A stretch of DNA of 64,000 nucleotides from assembly GCA_033764015.1 (NCBI GenBank), contig JANRJK010000036.1:96001-160000 (forward strand), given 5' to 3'. A program made the translations under genes and the position numbers. Under the pieces are notes generated by a model. The model was not told where the DNA came from, ran no database searches, and was given only the letters and a program-made list of their open reading frames with translations. This document shows positions 44,714 through 57,145 of the stretch, in pieces. Position 1 is the stretch's first letter. Every line of letters starts with the position of its first letter. Origin of the DNA: Candidatus Sumerlaeia bacterium (lineage in GTDB: Bacteria; Sumerlaeota; Sumerlaeia; SLMS01; JANRJK01).

Positions 44714-46183
44714 ATGGTCTTCACAAGCTGGGCTTTCGTGCTGTTCCTGCCGATCGTGCTCCTGCTGAACGCCATCTGGCCGAAGCGCTGGCGGCACCAC
44801 ATGCTGCTGGTGGCGAGCTACGTGTTCTACGGCTGGTGGGACTGGCGGTTCCTGTCGCTGGTGATCTTCACGACGTGGCTGGACTGGTTCGTCGCGCTGC
44901 TGATCCAGGCCTGCCACGACCGGCGGGATCCCGCGCAGGCGAAGCGTTGGATCACCTTCAGCGTGGTGATGAACCTGGCGGTGCTGGGGTTCTTCAAGTA
45001 CGCCGGGTTCTTCGCGGACATGGTCGAGCCGCTGGCGCAGCTCTTCGGGCTGGATCCGGCGGGGTGGGCGGCGCGCATCGTCCTGCCGCTCGGCATCAGC
45101 TTCTACACGTTCCAGAGCATGTCGTACACAATCGACGTGTACCGGCGGGACATGCCGGCGGAGCGGAGCTTCGTGAAGTTCGCGCTCTTCGTGACGTACT
45201 TCCCGCAGCTCGTGGCTGGCCCGATCGAACGGCCGCAGAACCTGATCCCGCAGCTCGACCGACCGGAGAAGGTGAACCTCGATATGGTGCGCGAGGGCCT
45301 GGGGCTGATGGTGCTCGGCTTCTTCAAGAAGATGGTCCTCTCGACGATCGTGCAGCGCGAGGCGGACGTGATCTTCAGCGAGCACGCGCGGCACCAGGCT
45401 GCGATCGCGCTGGGGGAGTCGCCGATCCCGATCGCGGGGCCGCTGCTGATGTGCGCGCTGTACCTCTTCACGGCGCAGATCTACCTGGACTTCAGCGGAT
45501 ACACGGACATCGCGCGGGGCTGCGCGCGGTTCTTCGGGGTGCGGTTGATGAAGAACTTCGAGCAGCCGTACGTCTCGACGAACATGACGGAGTTCTGGCA
45601 GCGCTGGCACATCTCGCTGTCGTCCTGGTTCCGCGACTACCTTTACCGCCCGATCAAGGGCTCCAGGAAGGGCGAGCGGATCATCATCTTCTCCCAGTTG
45701 GCGACGATGACGATCGCCGGCTTTTGGCACGGGGCGACATGGGCGTTCATCGCGTGGGGCTTCTACCACGGCTTGTTCCTGGCGCTGGAGCGTATCTGGA
45801 ACCGGTTCCTGAAGAAGAAGGTGATCGCCCCGGGGACCTCGCCGCGGCTGCTGGGCTTCGTGGGATGGGTGTACGTGATCCACGTGGTGGCGTTCTCGCT
45901 GGCATTCTTCCGCAACCAGCACCTGGATCTGGCCCTGACGCACATTGCGGGGGTGTTCACCTGGTCGGCGTTCCCGCCGGACCGTTGGCCGACGCTTGTG
46001 TACACGGTGCTGGGGCTCGGGACTGCGATCGCGATCCAGCGCGAGCAGCGCCGCTGCAACCGGGACGACTTCTTCATGGCGTGGCCCGAGCTGCCGCAGA
46101 CGATCTGCATCGGCGCGATGGTGGTCATGGTGCTGTACTTCAGCGACCAGGCCGGCGCGCCGTTCATCTACTTCCAATTCTAG
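44714..46183 (+). CDS. MBOAT family O-acyltransferase (AlgI/PatA/DltB-like)
   Basis: ASYVFYGWWDWRF, FFKY, LPLGISFYTFQ, FPQLVAGPI, DFSGYTDIA, FWQRWHISLSSWFRDY, GFWHGA and C-terminal FIYFQF. Confidence 0.95.
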   Translation: MVFTSWAFVLFLPIVLLLNAIWPKRWRHHMLLVASYVFYGWWDWRFLSLVIFTTWLDWFVALLIQACHDRRDPAQAKRWITFSVVMNLAVLGFFKYAGFFADMVEPLAQLFGLDPAGWAARIVLPLGISFYTFQSMSYTIDVYRRDMPAERSFVKFALFVTYFPQLVAGPIERPQNLIPQLDRPEKVNLDMVREGLGLMVLGFFKKMVLSTIVQREADVIFSEHARHQAAIALGESPIPIAGPLLMCALYLFTAQIYLDFSGYTDIARGCARFFGVRLMKNFEQPYVSTNMTEFWQRWHISLSSWFRDYLYRPIKGSRKGERIIIFSQLATMTIAGFWHGATWAFIAWGFYHGLFLALERIWNRFLKKKVIAPGTSPRLLGFVGWVYVIHVVAFSLAFFRNQHLDLALTHIAGVFTWSAFPPDRWPTLVYTVLGLGTAIAIQREQRRCNRDDFFMAWPELPQTICIGAMVVMVLYFSDQAGAPFIYFQF

Positions 46184-47229
46184 GGGGACTCCGTTGAACA
46201 AGACTCTGCGCGGGCTCCGGCCCTTCCTGTTCGCGCTTCCGGCGGTCCTCGCCGCGGAGGGCTTGGTGCGGCTCGGCGACGCGCTCCGGCTCTTCCCGCG
46301 CCCCACGAAGACCGGCCTCATCTACATGGACGAGAAGCGCGACGCGTTCCTGAACCGCTTCCTTCCGCAGGCGGAGCATCCCGGCGTGCTGATCCTGGGC
46401 AGCTCGACCGCCGACACGAACCTCGACCCCGTCACCGTCGAAGCAGTCCTTGCGGAGCGCGGAGCCGGGAGCTTCTCGATCTTCAACGGCGCGCTCTACG
46501 GCACACGCACCGCGGACAACCTGCACTTCCTCGAATGGTACCGCCGCCACTGGCGGTACGAACGCGTGGTGATCAACATAGAGCCCGGCATCCTGCGCCC
46601 GGGCAGCATGCTCGAGGGCCTGATGCGCGCGAAGCTCGACAAGAACCGAGTCGAGTGGTGGCTCATGGACCACAGCGCGCTGTTCCGCTACCGCGACCAG
46701 GTCAAGTTCCGCCACGAAGGCGAGAACCTGCGCAGCACGTTCCTCGCCGCGTTCGACGCGGAGACCACGTCCCACGGCTGGAACCGCACGCTGGCTGTGA
46801 CCCAGTACATCCAGCGCGACGAACAGGTGCGCGGCATCGCTGCGCCGATGCGCCAGTGGACCACGGACTACAGCAACATCGAGCGCATGGCGGAGTTCTG
46901 CGCGGCGAACGGGATCGACCTGACCTTCGTTTCGCTGCCGTGGCGCCCCGACATGATGGAGCACCTGCCGGGTCCGTGGAGCTTCGACGAGATCACGCGC
47001 CAGACGCGGGAGATCGCGGAGCGCCACGGTGTGCGCTACCTCGACCTCTCGCGCGTCGAGTTCCCCGACGAGATGTTCTTCGACGCCTCGCACCTGAACG
47101 GATACGGGGCCCGGGAGCTGTCGATTCTTTTCGCGGACCGGTATGCGCGGATGCTCCGCGAGGGGGCGGGCGTCCTTGTGGAGCCCGGGGGCGAAGGGCC
47201 GGCGCTTCTCCGCGAGGCTGGGGGCGGGG

Positions 47230-49098
<1,869 letters not shown>

Positions 49099-49177
49099 CG
49101 CGCGCGAATCCCCCCTGTCGGTGGCGATTGCGCCACGGGAAGCGGGGCGGCTCAAGCGCCGCGGTGCGGGAAAAAGC

Positions 49178-49267
49178 TGGCGGAGAGAGGGGGATTCGAA
49201 CCCCCGATACCGTTTCCAGTATACACGCTTTCCAAGCGTGCGCCTTAAACCACTCGGCCATCTCTCC
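49178..49267 (-). tRNA. tRNA-Ser (anticodon GGA)
   Basis: GGAGAGATGGCCGAGTGGTTTAAGGCGCACGCTT-GGA-AAGCGTG, long variable arm, GGGGGTTCGAATCCCCC, TCTCTCCG-CCA. Confidence 0.98.
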
Positions 49268-49282
49268 GCGAGTGGAGCCGGG

Positions 49283-49312
49283 AAGTAGCGCGCCACGCCC
49301 CGCGTGGGTCAA
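49283..49312 (-). promoter_or_regulatory. Putative promoter of tRNA-Ser
   Basis: TTGACC (49312-49307), N18, CTACTT (49288-49283), then a GC-rich discriminator just upstream of the tRNA. Confidence 0.5.
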
Positions 49313-49417
49313 TGGGGATCGACGGTTCGGTTCGCGCGTCGCTCAACCGGGGATCCGGTTGAATGGAGGTGCCGGGAGGTGTTAGTACATAATCGGACGC
49401 TAAGGAGGCGTCATCCC

Positions 49418-50761
49418 ATGGGGCCCACACTCGCCGCCGCGCCTTCGCACAGCGGGCGGATTCCCGAGGCGCTGCTGCTTTACTTCGTGGCCCTGGCACT
49501 CCTTGGGACCCTCGGTATCGGTGCGCAGAAGATTATGGGGCTCGGGCCCGGGCTGGTGCTCACCGAACTGATCTGCATCGCCGCTCCCGCGCTGTGGTTC
49601 CTGCGTCGCCGCGGGGTCGCCGCCCGCGGGGCGTTCGCGCTCCCCCGCTTCACGGTGCTGGGTCGCGCGGGTCTCGCAGGGATGCTTGGCGCATTCGGGG
49701 CGGTCGGGGTCGGTGTGCTGTTCCGGGGCCTTCTCGGGGCGCCGCCCGTCGACGCGGAGCCGCCAACGGGGGTGGGGCTGGCGCTCGCGCTGGCGGGGCT
49801 CTGGCTGCTGGCTCCGCTCTGCGAGGAGCTGCTCTTCCGGGCGGCGATCCAACCATCGCTCGGCGCGGCGCTCGGAGCGCGCGAGGCCGCGTGGTGGAGC
49901 GCCGGGCTGTTCGCGCTGTTCCACCTTTCGCTCGATCGGCTGCCGGAGACGATGCTGCTTGGCCTCTTGCTTTCGTTCACCATGGCGCGGTCCGGGAGCT
50001 ACTGGGCGTGCGTACTGCTGCACGCCGTGGCGAATGTTCTCGGGCCACCGCTGTTCGTCGCCTTTTCGCAGGCGCCGGCGGCGGCGTCGGCCGCCGCGCT
50101 GCTGATCGGCGCCCCGCTCGCCTGGATGGCGCTGCCCCGGCCCTCCGCGGGAGCTCTGGCGGACGCCCCGCCGTCGGGCCCGCCGAGGGGATGGAGGCGC
50201 GCACTCGCGACCACAGCGGGCGTGGGCGCGGCGTTGCTTGCGACGCTTTGGGTCTTCACTGGCGGCGAGTCGAAGAGCGGGGGGCGGAAGGGGGGCGCCC
50301 CGGGCAGTGCTCGGCAGGAGTGGACGCTGGTCCCCGGCGGGAACTTCTCCGTCGTCGAGACGATCAACCTTGGCAAGGGCGGGCTGCCGCCAGCGGTGTT
50401 CCAGCAGCTCCACGCCGGCGCGACGCTGCAGTCGGTCACGCTGGATGGAGAGATGCTTCCCTACCGCTCCGGCGTCCACGGGTGGACCATTGAAGCCCCA
50501 CGCGCCGGCGACCGCCTCGAGCTCGGGTGGCTTGTGCCGGTGGTTGCTCTCGATGAGGAGGGGGGGCTTCGTTGGATCGGGCTGGCCAGCACGGCTTCCG
50601 TGAGGAGCCTCGAGGTCCGCATCCGGCTGCCGGAGGGATGCGGCTACCGGAACCCGGAACGTCCTTCGGAGCGCGAGTGGTCGGCGTTCCAGTGGAACGG
50701 CGAGCCGAAGTCGACGGGCTTCGGCCGCTGCGGGCTGTCGCTTGCTCCCGACACGCCGTGA
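49418..50761 (+). CDS. CPBP/Abi family intramembrane glutamic endopeptidase with C-terminal soluble domain
   Basis: RBS AAGGAGG. APLCEELLFRA, LFALFH and LLHAVAN motifs, then a TM and an approximately 160-aa beta-rich tail. Confidence 0.85.
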   Translation: MGPTLAAAPSHSGRIPEALLLYFVALALLGTLGIGAQKIMGLGPGLVLTELICIAAPALWFLRRRGVAARGAFALPRFTVLGRAGLAGMLGAFGAVGVGVLFRGLLGAPPVDAEPPTGVGLALALAGLWLLAPLCEELLFRAAIQPSLGAALGAREAAWWSAGLFALFHLSLDRLPETMLLGLLLSFTMARSGSYWACVLLHAVANVLGPPLFVAFSQAPAAASAAALLIGAPLAWMALPRPSAGALADAPPSGPPRGWRRALATTAGVGAALLATLWVFTGGESKSGGRKGGAPGSARQEWTLVPGGNFSVVETINLGKGGLPPAVFQQLHAGATLQSVTLDGEMLPYRSGVHGWTIEAPRAGDRLELGWLVPVVALDEEGGLRWIGLASTASVRSLEVRIRLPEGCGYRNPERPSEREWSAFQWNGEPKSTGFGRCGLSLAPDTP

Positions 50762-50805
50762 AGAAAAAAAGGGATCGCCCGGAGTCTTTGAACTCCGGGC
50801 GACCC
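50761..50805 (-). terminator. Rho-independent terminator of the rpmB-SRP RNA transcript
   Basis: Stem TCGCCCGGAGT/ACTCCGGGCGA (50775-50802), followed on the minus strand by TCCC-TTTTTTTCTT. Confidence 0.8.
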
Positions 50806-50909
50806 GAACACCCGAACCGCGCGACTTATGGCTGCTTCCTTCCGGACCTGACCAGGTTCGCCGCCGTCCGCCGTCCGGGGCCCGGAGATCGAAGACCCCG
50901 AGCGATCCC
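50771..50909 (-). ncRNA. ffs: Signal recognition particle RNA (4.5S, small bacterial SRP)
   Basis: Minus strand contains TCAGGTCCGGAAGGAAGCAGCC (50851-50830, helix 8 with GGAA tetraloop) inside one long hairpin closed by GGGATCGCTCGGGGTCTT/AAGACTCCGGGCGATCCC. Ends are approximate. Confidence 0.92.
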
Positions 50910-50936
50910 GTTCCGGCAACCCGGCGAAGGGGTGCC

Positions 50937-51191
50937 TTACTTCTTGAGCGCCTCGGGCAGCTTGCCGTCGGCGGCCATCTGGGCGAGGAGCACGCGGCGC
51001 GGAGCGACCTTCGCCACGGTGTTCTTGCGGAGCACTTCGGTCGCAACCCACACACGCTCGCTTGCGCCGTTCTCGCCGACGATGCGGACCTTCTGGAGGT
51101 TCGCGCGGAACTGCCGCTTGGTGCGGTTGTTCGCGTGGCTGACGCTGTTGCCGATGCGGGTATGCTTGCCGGTGAATTTGCACGTTGCCAT
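50937..51191 (-). CDS. rpmB: 50S ribosomal protein L28
   Basis: MATCKFTGKHTRIGNSVSHANNRTKRQFRANLQKVR. Confidence 0.95.
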   Translation of the reverse strand: MATCKFTGKHTRIGNSVSHANNRTKRQFRANLQKVRIVGENGASERVWVATEVLRKNTVAKVAPRRVLLAQMAADGKLPEALKK

Positions 51192-51333
51192 GGTTGGAAA
51201 TCCGGTTCCTTGGGGTTGCCGCGATGAGGCGGCGCGCCCAAGTGGGGCGCGCCTGTGAAGCCCGCGATGGGAACCGGCCCGCCCCCCGCGCGTCAAAAGG
51301 AATCGGCGCCCTCAAGGTGGAAAACTTGACGGG

Positions 51334-52437
51334 CTACTCGAACCAGCGGCGGTTGGCCAGCAGGCGCGCGTCCCCGGGACGATAACCGATCGCGAGCTCG
51401 AGTTGCCGCCGCCCCTCCTCTTTGTCGCCGAGGTTGTAGAGGGCGATCGACAGCAGGTCGTGCGGCGAGTCGCGGTAGTGCGCCATGTGTGTTTGGTGGA
51501 GGAAGAGCTCGGGCGAGGGCGCGATCGCGAGGGCGGCGCGGCACCAGACCGCGGTTTCGATCCAACGCTTGCGGGCGAAGCAGAACTCGGCGAGTCGCAT
51601 GTACGGCTCCCGCCGGTCGGGCGTGTGCTCGATGGCGAGGAGGAGTTGGCGGTACGCCTCGTCATGGCGTCCGAGCGCGGAGAGGACCTTCGCGTGCAGC
51701 TCCCGCGCCTGCATCCGGTAGATGCTCGAGTCGCCGCTGGTGCGGAAGTAGCGCTCGTAGGTCTCGGCGGCGCGAGCGTTGTCGCCGAGGTAGTGGAACT
51801 CGCGCGCGCAGTAGAAGAGCGAGCGCGGGTCGTCGGGGAAGTCGGCCATTTCGCGCTCCGCAGCGCGGGACCACACCGCCTTGCGCTCGCCGCCCTGGCG
51901 GTTCCTCAGGGGCCGGTGCTCCAGCACGATGTCGCCGTACTTCACCTGGTTCTCGAAGGTGTAGGGGCCCACGAGCAGTTCGTGGAAGTGGTGCTCGAAG
52001 CGGAACATCCGGGGGTCGAAGGCGGCGAACTTCGGTTGGATGTAGTGCGGGCTGCCGTCGGGGTTGTAGGACCACTCGAGGGTAACGCCGAAGAAGCGCT
52101 TGCCGGCGTGGTGGTCCGCTTCGAGGCGTCCGCGCAGAAGGTGCCCGTTCCTGCCGAGCAGTTCGTCCGCGTCGAACATCACGACCAGGTCGGCGCGCGG
52201 GTCGGCGTGCGCGATGGCGGCGTTGCGCGCCTCGGAGAAGCTGTGGGTCCAAGGCACCTCGACGACGCGCGCTCCCATGGAGGCTGCGAGTTCGCGCGTG
52301 CGGTCCGTCGATCCGGTGTCGGCCACGACGATCTCGTCCCAGTACTTGTGGGCGCCGCTGATCGACCGCAGGTGCCGCTCGATCACGAGCTCTTCGTCCT
52401 TGGCGATGATGACATGGGAGACGAAGAACGGATTCAT
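51334..52437 (-). CDS. GT2 glycosyltransferase with C-terminal TPR repeats
   Basis: IIAKDEE, DTGSTDRT, FSEARN, DADE and FHE, then PDDPRSLFYCARE and TPR helices. ATGA overlap with the upstream gene. Confidence 0.9.
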   Translation of the reverse strand: MNPFFVSHVIIAKDEELVIERHLRSISGAHKYWDEIVVADTGSTDRTRELAASMGARVVEVPWTHSFSEARNAAIAHADPRADLVVMFDADELLGRNGHLLRGRLEADHHAGKRFFGVTLEWSYNPDGSPHYIQPKFAAFDPRMFRFEHHFHELLVGPYTFENQVKYGDIVLEHRPLRNRQGGERKAVWSRAAEREMADFPDDPRSLFYCAREFHYLGDNARAAETYERYFRTSGDSSIYRMQARELHAKVLSALGRHDEAYRQLLLAIEHTPDRREPYMRLAEFCFARKRWIETAVWCRAALAIAPSPELFLHQTHMAHYRDSPHDLLSIALYNLGDKEEGRRQLELAIGYRPGDARLLANRRWFE

Positions 52438-53210
52438 GCGGTGCCGGAATCCGCGAGGCGTTCGATCTCGCCGCGGATCGCGGGATCGACGGGCTCTCCG
52501 ATGCGGTCGAGGAAGCGCAGGAAAGCGAGGGCCGCCTCCGGGGTGCGTCCGTAACCGGGCAGGCATTCGGCGAAGATGCGCTCCGCCTCCGGATGGCGCG
52601 CCTCGAAGCGGCGGTCGATGCTGTAGGGGTCGCCGCCGGGGCGTTCGCCGCCGTCCGCGAGCGCGACCAGCTCGGCGAGGCGGTGCGCGGCGTGGCTCTG
52701 GACGAACTGCATGGCGGTCCACTTCTCGCCGCGGCGATAGCGGCAGAGGCCGACGTAGAGGTTCGAGAGCAGCTCGCCGACGATCCATTCGCGGTCGCCG
52801 GCGGCGCGGGGCGGGGGCAGGTGCTTGGGGGCGCAGAGGGAGCGGTCGAAGTCGGCCCGCGACCAGACGAGGCGCCCCGGCGCGAAGTGGGCCCCGGCCA
52901 TTTCCGCGGGCGTGAACACGGCGTACTCGCAGAAGACGCCGTCGGCGAAGAGCCCCTTCCTGCCATCCTTGGTGTTCTTGAAGGACCATGCGACCGGGTG
53001 CGCGTCGTGGAGCCAGTCGATCTCCGCGAGGTAGGCGGGCTTCGCCGCCTCGTCGACGACGGCGAAGAAGTCGAGGTCGGAGAACTGGTCGAGCCGCTCG
53101 CGCTCGGCGCCGACGGAGCCGAGCGCGAGGAGGGCGTGGGTGTCGGGGCGCGCCGCGAGGGACCGCGCGATGTCGTCGAGTCTGCGAAGCAGCAGTGCGG
53201 GACTTGGCAC
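52434..53210 (-). CDS. Pol-beta-superfamily nucleotidyltransferase-like protein (Lnu/ANT-like architecture)
   Basis: ALGS...DQFSDLDFFAVV (GS-x-DxD motif) followed by a helical C-domain with RGE. Confidence 0.7.
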   Translation of the reverse strand: MPSPALLLRRLDDIARSLAARPDTHALLALGSVGAERERLDQFSDLDFFAVVDEAAKPAYLAEIDWLHDAHPVAWSFKNTKDGRKGLFADGVFCEYAVFTPAEMAGAHFAPGRLVWSRADFDRSLCAPKHLPPPRAAGDREWIVGELLSNLYVGLCRYRRGEKWTAMQFVQSHAAHRLAELVALADGGERPGGDPYSIDRRFEARHPEAERIFAECLPGYGRTPEAALAFLRFLDRIGEPVDPAIRGEIERLADSGTA

Positions 53211-53217
53211 GGGTGGC

Positions 53218-54102
53218 TCAGGCTGTGGCGGCTGGGAGGCCTTGCAGCATGCGGAGCACGCTGGCGAGGCGCGCGCGCATCTCGGGGCGCGGAACCACCA
53301 TGTCGACGAAGCCCTGGTCGCGCTGGAACTCGGCGGTCTGGAAGCTGGGCGGGAGGACCTGCTTGATGGTCTGCTCGATCACGCGCTTGCCGGCGAAGCC
53401 GATGTAGGCGTTGGGCTCGGCGATGATGAGGTCGCCGAGGGAGGCGAAGCTGGCCATTACGCCGGCGGTGCTGGGGTCCGCGAGGATGACGACGTAGGGC
53501 ACGCGCTCCTCGTGGAGCTGGTGGCAGAGGAGTGAGGTCTTGGCCATCTGCATGAGGGAGAGGATGCCCTCCTGCATGCGGGCGCCGCCGGTGCTGACGA
53601 CGGTGATGGCGGGGCACCGGGCTTCGAGGGCGCGTTCGAGGCTGCGCGTGATCTTCTCGCCGACGACGCTGCCCATGGAGCCGCCCATGAACGCGAACTC
53701 GAAGGCGGCGATGGAGACGGGCATCGCGTCGAGCGCGCCCATGCCGGCGACGACGGCGTCGTTGATGCCGGTCTTGGCGCGGGTCGAGGAGAGGTACTCG
53801 GAGTACTTGCGCTTGTCCTCGAAGCGGAGCGGATCGCTGGAGACGAGGCCGGCGTCGTGCTCGACGAAGGTTCCGGGATCGAGGAGGGAATCGATGCGGT
53901 CGCGCGCGGCCATGCGCTCGTGGCGTCCGCAGTTGCGGCAGACGCTGAGCGCGGCGACGTAGTCGCGGCGCAGGTACACGGTGTTGCAGCCCGGGCACTT
54001 GTACCACTCGTCGGTGGACTCGGTGACTTCGCGGCGGTCCTCGATCTTGCGGGGTGTGATCGTGAGGTACGAGGACGCCTTCGGCTTGCGGAACCAGTTC
54101 AT
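53218..54102 (-). CDS. accD: Acetyl-CoA carboxylase carboxyltransferase beta subunit
   Basis: MNWFRK, WYKCPGC...VCRNC Zn finger, FMGGSMGSVVGEKI, GGARMQEG.LSLMQMAKT, GFAGKRVIEQT and FQTAEF. Confidence 0.96.
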   Translation of the reverse strand: MNWFRKPKASSYLTITPRKIEDRREVTESTDEWYKCPGCNTVYLRRDYVAALSVCRNCGRHERMAARDRIDSLLDPGTFVEHDAGLVSSDPLRFEDKRKYSEYLSSTRAKTGINDAVVAGMGALDAMPVSIAAFEFAFMGGSMGSVVGEKITRSLERALEARCPAITVVSTGGARMQEGILSLMQMAKTSLLCHQLHEERVPYVVILADPSTAGVMASFASLGDLIIAEPNAYIGFAGKRVIEQTIKQVLPPSFQTAEFQRDQGFVDMVVPRPEMRARLASVLRMLQGLPAATA

Positions 54103-54276
54103 CGCGTGTGGGTGCTCCTGCGTCGGTGGCGCGCCATTTATGCAGGCGCCGCGGGGGCGGGCGGTCAAAAGGATTCGCGGCGGCGGGGCGGCCTCCGCTC
54201 CGGCTTGCGCCCGTAGGCGCGCGGCCCGGAGCCTTGCCCCCGTTAGCCACCGCGCAGCGCAGGAGTCCCACCCGCC

Positions 54277-55212
<936 letters not shown>

Positions 55213-55292
55213 CCGACGCGGCTTGACGCGGCCAAGGGCCGCGGTCCCGATTCGCCGCAACACCAACAATCTCCGCCAAGAGGCCCCCCGCG

Positions 55293-56069
55293 ATGACCGC
55301 CCCCGCTCCTCGATTCAAGCGCGTGATCCTCAAGCTCTCCGGCGAGATGCTGAAGGGCCCCCTGGCCTACGGACACGACCGCGGCGCGGTCGAGCACATC
55401 GCGAACGAAGTGTGCGACGCGTACCGGCTCGGCATCGAGGTCGGCGTGGTGATCGGCGGCGGCAACATTTTCCGCGGCAACAGCGACGCCGCCTCGACCA
55501 TGAACCGCTCCGTGGCCGACCACATCGGCATGATCGCGACGGTGATCAACGCGCTGATGCTGCAGGACGCGATCGAGCGGCAGGACATCCCCACACGTGT
55601 GATGACGGCGATCCCGATCGACCCGGTGGCGGAGCCCTACATCCGGCGGCGGGCGATCCGCCACCTCGAGCAGCGGCGCGTGGTGATTTTCGGCGGAGGC
55701 ACCGGCAGCACGCACTTCTCGACCGATTCCGCCGCCGCACTCCGCGGCGCCGAGACCGAGGCCGAGGTCATCCTGAAGGGCACGAAGGTGGATGGCGTCT
55801 ACACCGCCGACCCCCGGAAGGTGCCCGACGCGAAGTTCCTCGAGACGTGCACGTACCAGCGGGCGCTGGTGGAGAACCTGAACGTGATGGACAGCGCGGC
55901 GATCTCGCTTTCGCGCGAGTCGAACCTGCCGATCATCGTCTACAACCTGGCGCAGGCCGGCAACACGCGGCGCGTGCTGACGGACGGCGACATCGGCACG
56001 CTGATCGGCGATCCGGAGTCCGCGCGGTTCCGCGAGCTGGCCGCGCGGCGCACCCCCGCTCCGGCCTGA
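55293..56069 (+). CDS. pyrH: UMP kinase
   Basis: RVILKLSGE, IGGGNIFRG, DHIGMIATVIN, FSTDSAAALR, KVDGVYTADP and VMDSAA. Confidence 0.96.
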   Translation: MTAPAPRFKRVILKLSGEMLKGPLAYGHDRGAVEHIANEVCDAYRLGIEVGVVIGGGNIFRGNSDAASTMNRSVADHIGMIATVINALMLQDAIERQDIPTRVMTAIPIDPVAEPYIRRRAIRHLEQRRVVIFGGGTGSTHFSTDSAAALRGAETEAEVILKGTKVDGVYTADPRKVPDAKFLETCTYQRALVENLNVMDSAAISLSRESNLPIIVYNLAQAGNTRRVLTDGDIGTLIGDPESARFRELAARRTPAPA

Positions 56070-56095
56070 AGGGCCGGCAGCAGGAGCAACCAACC

Positions 56096-57124
56096 ATGCG
56101 ATACCACCCGCCGGAGCACGGCACCGTCCGCCTGGTTGATCCGGACAGCATCGACCTCGGGCTGCTGGAGGACACCACCATCGCGGTGGTCGGCTACGGC
56201 AACCAAGGGCGGGCGCAGGCCCTCAACCTTCGCGATTCGGGGTGCCGGGTCGTGATCGGGCAAAGGCCCGGCCCGCGGGCGGAACTGGCCCGGGAGGATG
56301 GATTCGACGTGCTTTCCGGCATGGACGCCGCGCGAGTCGCCGACGTCGTGCAGCTCCTCGTGCCGGACCACCTCATGCCGAAGGTGTACTACGAGGAGGT
56401 GGCCCCGGTCCTCAAGGAGGGCCGCGCCCTCGCCTTCAGCCATGGCTTCGCCGTCCACTTCAAGACCATCACGCCGATGCAGGGCGTCGATGTGTACCTC
56501 GTAGGACCGAAGGGCATCGGCGTGCAGGTCCGCGCCCAGTACGAGGCCGGCGTCGGGGTGCCGATGCTGGTCGCTGTGGAGGAGGACGCGACCGGGAGCG
56601 CGCTGCGCCTGGCGGTGGCCCACGCGGCGGCGGTCGGCCTAGGGCGCACCGGCATCTACGAGACGACCTTCCGCGACGAGACGGAATGCGACCTGTTCGG
56701 CGAGCAGGCGGTGCTCTGCGGCGGCATCGCGGAACTGGTGCGGGCGGCGTTCGAGGTGCTGGTGGAGAAGGGCTATCCGCCGGAGATCGCGTACTTCGAG
56801 TGCCTGCACGAGCTGAAGCTGATCGCGGACCTGCTCTACGACCGCGGCATCGCGGAGACGTTCCGCGCCATCAGCCCGACGGCGGCGTTCGGCGCGTACA
56901 CGCGCGGGCCGCGCCTCGTGACGGACGCAACGCGGGCGGAACTTCGGCGGATGGTCGAGGAGATCCAGAGCGGCGCCTTCGCGCGCGAACTGGAGGAGGA
57001 GATGCGGACCGGCGGCGGGCTCTCGCGCGCGCACGCGGGCAAGGCGGCGGCGCATCCGATCGAAGAGGCGGGACGGCGCATCCGCGCCCAGTTCCTGACA
57101 CCGCCGGGCGCCGAAGCGCCCTGA
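56096..57124 (+). CDS. ilvC: Ketol-acid reductoisomerase
   Basis: VGYGNQGRAQALNLRDSG, LVPD, FSHGF, ETECDLFGEQAVLCGG and AYFECLHELKLI. RBS AGGAG. Confidence 0.96.
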   Translation: MRYHPPEHGTVRLVDPDSIDLGLLEDTTIAVVGYGNQGRAQALNLRDSGCRVVIGQRPGPRAELAREDGFDVLSGMDAARVADVVQLLVPDHLMPKVYYEEVAPVLKEGRALAFSHGFAVHFKTITPMQGVDVYLVGPKGIGVQVRAQYEAGVGVPMLVAVEEDATGSALRLAVAHAAAVGLGRTGIYETTFRDETECDLFGEQAVLCGGIAELVRAAFEVLVEKGYPPEIAYFECLHELKLIADLLYDRGIAETFRAISPTAAFGAYTRGPRLVTDATRAELRRMVEEIQSGAFARELEEEMRTGGGLSRAHAGKAAAHPIEEAGRRIRAQFLTPPGAEAP

Positions 57125-57145
57125 CGCGGCGATTGCGGCGGCGCG

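Noticed and set aside
49100..49267. tRNA-Ser as an integration site
   Set aside because: Its 3' side runs directly into mnmG and no duplicated tRNA 3' end was found in the window.
55293..57124. pyrH next to ilvC rather than tsf/frr, and ilvC without ilvBH
   Set aside because: Gene order is shuffled throughout this window, and nothing suggests a functional link.
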